This document shows positions 58,762 through 64,000 of a stretch of 64,000 bases of DNA, one piece after another. The DNA comes from Cyanobacteria bacterium P01_D01_bin.156 (GTDB taxonomy: Bacteria; Cyanobacteriota; Cyanobacteriia; Phormidesmidales; Phormidesmidaceae). Under the pieces are notes generated by a model. That model searched no databases, had not been told where the DNA came from, and was given only the letters and a program-made list of their open reading frames with translations. Position 1 is the stretch's first letter. Each line of letters opens with the position of its first letter. The DNA lies in contig JBCCQQ010000008.1 in assembly GCA_039024555.1 (NCBI GenBank), forward strand, positions 1-64,000, given 5' to 3'. A program made the position numbers and the translations under genes.

Positions 58762-61700
58762 ATGGCAAATGTTGTGGACATCTATGAACTTTCTCCCACT
58801 CAGCAGGGAATGCTCTTCCATACAGTGTATGCGCCAGAATCGGGCACTTATTTAGAACAGCGTCACTGTCTCCTAGAAGGAGAGTTAAATATTCAGGCAT
58901 TTAAGGCGGCCTGGCAACTGGTGATTGATCGCCACAGCGTACTACGTACTGAGTTTCACTGGCAAGAAACCGACCAGCCGCTACAGGTGGTTTATGACAC
59001 CGTTAAGCTGCCATGGTTTGAAGAAGATTGGCAAGAGTTTACGACCGAGCAACATGCAGACAAGCTAGAGACTTTTCTAACTTTAGAGCGACTGCAGGGG
59101 TTTCAGTTGGATCAGGCTCCGCTAATGCGCTGTGCTTTATTTACCCTGGCAGACAATCAGCATCGTTTTGTCTGGAGCTATCACCATCTACTGATGGATG
59201 GATGGTGCAATGGGGTATTGCTCAAGGAGGTGCTGTCAGCGTATCAGGTAATTTGTCGCCACAGTACCCCGGTTCTGCCTCCCACTAAGAACTATCGTAC
59301 CTACATTGACTGGCTACAGCAGCAGGATCAGGCGAAGGCGGAAGCCTACTGGAAAGAAAAATTACAAGGATTTAGTGCCCCGACTCCCTTAGGCATTAAC
59401 CGACAAAGACATCAGGGTTCTCGATCGCAGGAAACAGCCTATGGAGAACAGCAACGTTGGCTATCTGTAGTACTTTCCAACGATTTACAGACATTTGCAA
59501 AGCAGTCTCGTCTGACTTTGAATACTCTCTTCCAAGGGGCCTGGGCCTTAATGCTCAAGCGCTACAGCGGCTCAGATGATGTCATGTTTGGCATCACTGT
59601 ATCCGGGCGTCCGCCGGAGTTATCGGGTGTTGAGTCGATGGTTGGATTGTTTATTAATACAGTGCCGTTGCGATCTCACCTCGCTCCAAATCAGCCTCTC
59701 CTACCTTGGCTACAGCAGCTACAAAAAGATCAGCGCGATCGCGAAACCTACGGGTACAGCGCTCTGACTGATCTCCAGTCCTGGAGTGATGTACCTAGGG
59801 GCACGCCTCTGTTCGAAAGTTTGTTGGTGTTTGAAAATTATCCCATTTCCATAGAAGCCGCCACCCAGGGGGCCGATCTAAAAATTCGCGATGGTCAAGG
59901 ATACGAGCGCACCAACTATCCAATGACCTTGGTGGTGGTTCCAGGCGAATCTATTCAGCTCAGCCTACGTTATGACAGCGGCTATATTTCTGAGGCCGCT
60001 GCCCAAAGACTCTTAGGCCATCTAGAGACAATTTTAGGTAGCTTTGTTGTTAGTCCACAGCAGCCCCTAGATTGTTTACCGCTGCTACAAACAGCTGAGC
60101 AACAACAGCTAAATCAGCTAGCCCAAGGAAAGATAGCTGATGTTTATCCCTATGGAATCCAGCATCAGTTTGAGCGTCAAACCAGCAAAACACCCAAGGC
60201 AACGGCAGTCACATTTACATCAGGCAGCACCAAATCAGAATCCCTGAGCTATCAGCAGCTCAACGAACGATCCAATCAACTAGCCCATTACCTGATTCGC
60301 CAGGACATTGGCCAAGGTTCTAGAGTTGGCATTTGTCTCCATCGTTCTTTAGACATGGTGGTGGGTCTTCTCGGTATTCTTAAGACAGGTGCCGCCTATG
60401 TGCCCTTAGACCCCGATTTTCCCTCCGAGCGTCTGAGTTATATTGTTGCTGATGCCCAGATTGATTTACTTTTGACGAATAGTGATACAGCGGCAGATCT
60501 TAAGCAAATCGTTTTATCTATAGATCTAGACACCCAGTCACACCGAATCTTACAACAGTCTACGAAGAATCTTTCATTGCACATCAGTCTGGATGTTATC
60601 GCCTATATTCTCTACACTAGCGGCAGCACAGGAAAACCAAAGGGTGTACCTATTCGTCACGACAGCCTAGCCAACTTTTTAGAAACGATGGCCGATGCCC
60701 CCGGCATTGACGCAACAGATTCGCTGCTGGCCGTCACTACGCTATCTTTCGATATAGCAGCATTAGAACTCTTTTTACCTCTAGTCACTGGAGCCCAGGT
60801 GGTGCTGACGCCCCGTGAGGTGGTGCAAGACGCAGACCAACTAGCGGCAACTCTACAAAACCACAGCATTACAATGATGCAGGCGACGCCAGCCACCTGG
60901 CGGTTGCTGATGGATAGTCACTGGCAGGGGTCTGCGAACCTCAAAATTCTCTGCGGTGGAGAAGCATTAGATTTATCCTTAGCCCGATATCTCTTAGATC
61001 AGGGCAATGAAGTTTGGAACCTATATGGTCCTACTGAAACAACCATTTGGTCTGGAGCTTTGCAGATTACTCAGGAGCATCTAGAAACAGGCAATGTTCC
61101 CATCGGTACTCCCATTGCCAACACTCAATTTTATGTGCTTGACCAGCAGCAACGGCTTGTACCCATGGGAATACCAGGAGAGCTTTATATTGGCGGTAGC
61201 GGTCTAAGCACAGGCTACTGGCAACGACCTGAACTCACTGCTAAAAAGTTTGTTGCGGTACCCGATGGTCTAATGGTGAGCAGTGAGCGTCTGTATAGAA
61301 CTGGTGATCTTGTTTGTTACCGTGAAAATGGCACCCTGGACTATCTAGGGCGGTTGGATAATCAGATTAAGCTGCGCGGCTTTAGGATTGAAACCGGCGA
61401 TATTGAGGCGGTTTTATCTAGTCATGAGCAGATAAATCAGGCTGTTGTCAGCCTACGGGAACAGCAGTTAGTTGCCTATGTGATATCTAATGAGAAAGGT
61501 CACCTACAGACTGATATTTTAGTTGACGACCTGCGTCGATTGGCAAGTCGACAGCTTCCTGTTTATATGCTGCCCACAGCCTATGCGGTGCTGGAATCAT
61601 TCCCCCTAACACCCAATGGCAAGGTGGATCGAAAGGCATTGCCTGCGCCAGAAGTAACGATTCGGAATAAAACCCAGCCCCGTACCCCCAGGGAACAGCT

Positions 61701-64000
61701 GATTGCTGGGATCTGGGCCAATGTTCTCAGTATCCAAGAGGTGGCCCTAGAAGATAATTTCTTTGAGCTGGGGGGCCACTCTTTGCTGGCGACGCGGGTA
61801 ATTGCCCAGGTGCGTCAGGTATTGGATGTAGAGGTGCCGTTGCGATCGCTATTTGAGCAACCCACGCTAGCGGACTTTATCCGGGCACTCGAAACAAACC
61901 AGGAACAGTCACTGCCGCCCATCCTTCCTAGAGATAAACAGCTTACCCTGTCCTATGCCCAGCAACGGCAGTGGTTGATGGCCCAGCTCGCCCCAGACAG
62001 TCGAGCTTACACCATTCCCACAGCGGTGCGTTTAACTGGCCATCTATCGGTTGAGCATCTCCATCACAGTCTGAGCGAGGTTATCAATCGCCATGGCACC
62101 TTGAGAACCCTTTATCCCACGGTAGATGGACAACCTGTTCCACAGATAGTTGCCCCTGAAAAAGCAGCCGCGCAGATCGCTATTGAACAAACTGATTTAA
62201 GCTCTCTTGAAAAAGTCTCCCAAAAAGTCAGGATTCAGGAGCTAATTCAACAGGAATCACAGCGCCCCTTTGACTTAGTCCAGGGTCCCCTGTGGCGCGC
62301 TCGTTTACTAAAGCTGCATACCCAAGAGCATATTCTGTTATTCAGCCTCCATCACATCGTTGCTGATGGCTGGTCCATGGGTATTCTCCTCAAGGAACTA
62401 ACTAGCTTCTATCGAGCATTTCAAACGAACACGACTGCTGATGTTCCTAGCTTGGACATTAGCTATGGTGACTATGCTGCTTGGCAGCGGTCCTTGGATC
62501 TCAACCATCAGCTCAGCTACTGGCAACAACAACTAGAGAACGCGGCTCCCCTGCTAGAGCTACCCACAGACTTTCCTCGACCGGCAGAGCCTTCTGCGGC
62601 AGGGGGAACCTACGAGTTTCGCCTATCGAAGCAGCAAACAGAGTCTCTTCAAAGCTTTAGTCAACAGCACGGTGTAACCTTATTTATGACCCTGTTGGCG
62701 GCATTTAAGGCACTGCTCTATCGCTATAGTGGCATTACCGATCTGCTGATCGGCACCCCCATTGCCAACCGTCGTCAGGCACAAACAGAGAATCTGATTG
62801 GGTTGTTTGTTAATACCCTGGTGCTGCGTACTGACCTTTCTAGCAACCCGCGATTTAGCGAACTGCTAGCCCAGGTACGCAGCATAGCTCTGGATGCCTA
62901 CAAACATCAGGATCTACCCTTTGAACAACTAATAGACCAGCTAAATATTCTCCGCAGTCAAAGTCACACGCCACTTTTTCAGGTAATGTTTGCGCTGCAG
63001 AATACGCCGCTGGAGTCGGTATCTCTGGATGGGTTAGAGTGGTCGCCGTTAACCGTAGGCACAAATACCGCTAAGTTTGACCTTACCCTGGAGATGAAGC
63101 AAACCAGCAAGGGGCTGGTAGGTGTTTTTGAATATCGTCAGGATCTGTTTAGTGCCGATACGATGCATCGTATGGCAGGACATTTGCGCACATTGTTAAA
63201 GGCATTGCCCGATAATGGCCAACTGCGCCTTTCCCAGCTACCCATGCTGCTAAAGCAGGATCTTCAACAGCTGCAGCAATGGCGACAAGGAACGACAGTG
63301 CAACCGGTAGAGCAGCCCTGCATCCATAAGCTGTTTGAGTCTCAGGTTAGTAGGAATGGCGATGCGATCGCACTTGTGCAAGCACAAACTAAAGTCACTT
63401 ATAACACCCTGAACCAGCAGGCCAACCAGCTTGCTCGATACCTACAGGAACAAGGTATTACTCCTGGAGAGAGAGTCGGTATTTGGGCGAGACGGACTCC
63501 CCAGACTATCGCAGCAATCCTGGCGATCCTTAAATCTGGAGCCACCTATGTACCCCTTGATTTTAACTATCCTTTAGAACGCCTCACCTGGATAGTTAAC
63601 GATACTGAGCTTAAGTTGCTGTTAGCAGACGATGACTCTGTTACCACTGAGATCAAGAATTTAGTCGATGTGGTCAATCTGGCGAGTATTAAACCTCACC
63701 TGGATATCTATCCCACAGGGAATCTTACTAGCCGTTCTTCCACACCCGATAGTCTCGCCTATATTCTCTATACGTCCGGCTCCACCGGTACTCCGAAGGG
63801 TGTATGTACTTCTCACCGTGGCATTGTCCGATTGGTGAATCATCCTAATTACGTTACGTTAGACGCCAGCGATAGTCTTCTCCAAGCTGCCCCTCTCACC
63901 TTTGATGCCTCCACCTTTGAAATCTGGGGAGCCCTCTTAAATGGTGGCAAGCTAGTGTTGTTGTCTGATCAAACACCATCGTTAGACGACCTCGGAGACG
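58762..64000 (+). CDS. NRPS C-A(Gly)-T-C-A(partial), runs off the window
   Basis: Hand translation from ATG 58762: MANVVDIYELSPTQQGMLFH, HHLLMDGW, FDIAALE/MMQATP/ILCGGE/NLYGPTETTIW (Gly code DILQLGLIWK), FFELGGHSL at about 61760, HHIVADGWS at about 62350, FDASTFEIWGALLNG at 63901, all in one frame. Absent from the ORF track because it has no stop in the window. Confidence 0.93.
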   Translation, partial: MANVVDIYELSPTQQGMLFHTVYAPESGTYLEQRHCLLEGELNIQAFKAAWQLVIDRHSVLRTEFHWQETDQPLQVVYDTVKLPWFEEDWQEFTTEQHADKLETFLTLERLQGFQLDQAPLMRCALFTLADNQHRFVWSYHHLLMDGWCNGVLLKEVLSAYQVICRHSTPVLPPTKNYRTYIDWLQQQDQAKAEAYWKEKLQGFSAPTPLGINRQRHQGSRSQETAYGEQQRWLSVVLSNDLQTFAKQSRLTLNTLFQGAWALMLKRYSGSDDVMFGITVSGRPPELSGVESMVGLFINTVPLRSHLAPNQPLLPWLQQLQKDQRDRETYGYSALTDLQSWSDVPRGTPLFESLLVFENYPISIEAATQGADLKIRDGQGYERTNYPMTLVVVPGESIQLSLRYDSGYISEAAAQRLLGHLETILGSFVVSPQQPLDCLPLLQTAEQQQLNQLAQGKIADVYPYGIQHQFERQTSKTPKATAVTFTSGSTKSESLSYQQLNERSNQLAHYLIRQDIGQGSRVGICLHRSLDMVVGLLGILKTGAAYVPLDPDFPSERLSYIVADAQIDLLLTNSDTAADLKQIVLSIDLDTQSHRILQQSTKNLSLHISLDVIAYILYTSGSTGKPKGVPIRHDSLANFLETMADAPGIDATDSLLAVTTLSFDIAALELFLPLVTGAQVVLTPREVVQDADQLAATLQNHSITMMQATPATWRLLMDSHWQGSANLKILCGGEALDLSLARYLLDQGNEVWNLYGPTETTIWSGALQITQEHLETGNVPIGTPIANTQFYVLDQQQRLVPMGIPGELYIGGSGLSTGYWQRPELTAKKFVAVPDGLMVSSERLYRTGDLVCYRENGTLDYLGRLDNQIKLRGFRIETGDIEAVLSSHEQINQAVVSLREQQLVAYVISNEKGHLQTDILVDDLRRLASRQLPVYMLPTAYAVLESFPLTPNGKVDRKALPAPEVTIRNKTQPRTPREQLIAGIWANVLSIQEVALEDNFFELGGHSLLATRVIAQVRQVLDVEVPLRSLFEQPTLADFIRALETNQEQSLPPILPRDKQLTLSYAQQRQWLMAQLAPDSRAYTIPTAVRLTGHLSVEHLHHSLSEVINRHGTLRTLYPTVDGQPVPQIVAPEKAAAQIAIEQTDLSSLEKVSQKVRIQELIQQESQRPFDLVQGPLWRARLLKLHTQEHILLFSLHHIVADGWSMGILLKELTSFYRAFQTNTTADVPSLDISYGDYAAWQRSLDLNHQLSYWQQQLENAAPLLELPTDFPRPAEPSAAGGTYEFRLSKQQTESLQSFSQQHGVTLFMTLLAAFKALLYRYSGITDLLIGTPIANRRQAQTENLIGLFVNTLVLRTDLSSNPRFSELLAQVRSIALDAYKHQDLPFEQLIDQLNILRSQSHTPLFQVMFALQNTPLESVSLDGLEWSPLTVGTNTAKFDLTLEMKQTSKGLVGVFEYRQDLFSADTMHRMAGHLRTLLKALPDNGQLRLSQLPMLLKQDLQQLQQWRQGTTVQPVEQPCIHKLFESQVSRNGDAIALVQAQTKVTYNTLNQQANQLARYLQEQGITPGERVGIWARRTPQTIAAILAILKSGATYVPLDFNYPLERLTWIVNDTELKLLLADDDSVTTEIKNLVDVVNLASIKPHLDIYPTGNLTSRSSTPDSLAYILYTSGSTGTPKGVCTSHRGIVRLVNHPNYVTLDASDSLLQAAPLTFDASTFEIWGALLNGGKLVLLSDQTPSLDDLGD

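Noticed and set aside
29836..63843. Short alternative-frame and antisense ORFs within FAAL/PKS/NRPS genes
   Set aside because: Nested inside long motif-rich CDSs, with no recognisable features.
29135..64000. Assignment to a named cluster (puwainaphycin, cyanochelin, anachelin, leptochelin)
   Set aside because: No aminotransferase, hydroxylase, salicylate or heterocyclisation domains are visible, and the cluster is incomplete; gene symbols are not justified.

Overview
Cyanobacterial DNA (recurrent HIP1 octamer GCGATCGC) that looks like an iron-acquisition island in three parts. (1) 1-20.8 kb, minus strand: three giant, very acidic, modular proteins (about 3307, 1645 and 1393 aa). They share a near-identical RTX/type I secretion C-terminus and are built from shuffled Calx-beta-like repeats, PPC-like domains, a serine hydrolase and several unassigned domains. 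They are followed by a small signal-peptide gene carrying one of the same domains, cut by an ISAzo13-like element at the window edge. Strong hairpins separate the genes, and a hairpin-rich leader lies upstream. (2) 21.9-28.7 kb: MFS exporter, TonB-dependent receptor, TonB, and divergent ExbB/ExbD. (3) 29.1 kb to the window end, plus strand: a lipopeptide assembly line preceded by a Fur-box-like site. It runs FAAL-ACAD-ACP, two KS-AT-DH-cMT-ER-KR-ACP modules, a hybrid-type KS-AT-KR*-carrier protein, a luciferase-like monooxygenase, NRPS C-A(Asx)-T-E, and an NRPS missing from the ORF track (C-A(Gly)-T-C-A...) that runs off the window. Best reading: an orphan amphiphilic siderophore/metallophore cluster with its own uptake system, physically linked to an uncharacterised family of giant secreted surface proteins. 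All calls are from motif recognition by eye; no searches were run.
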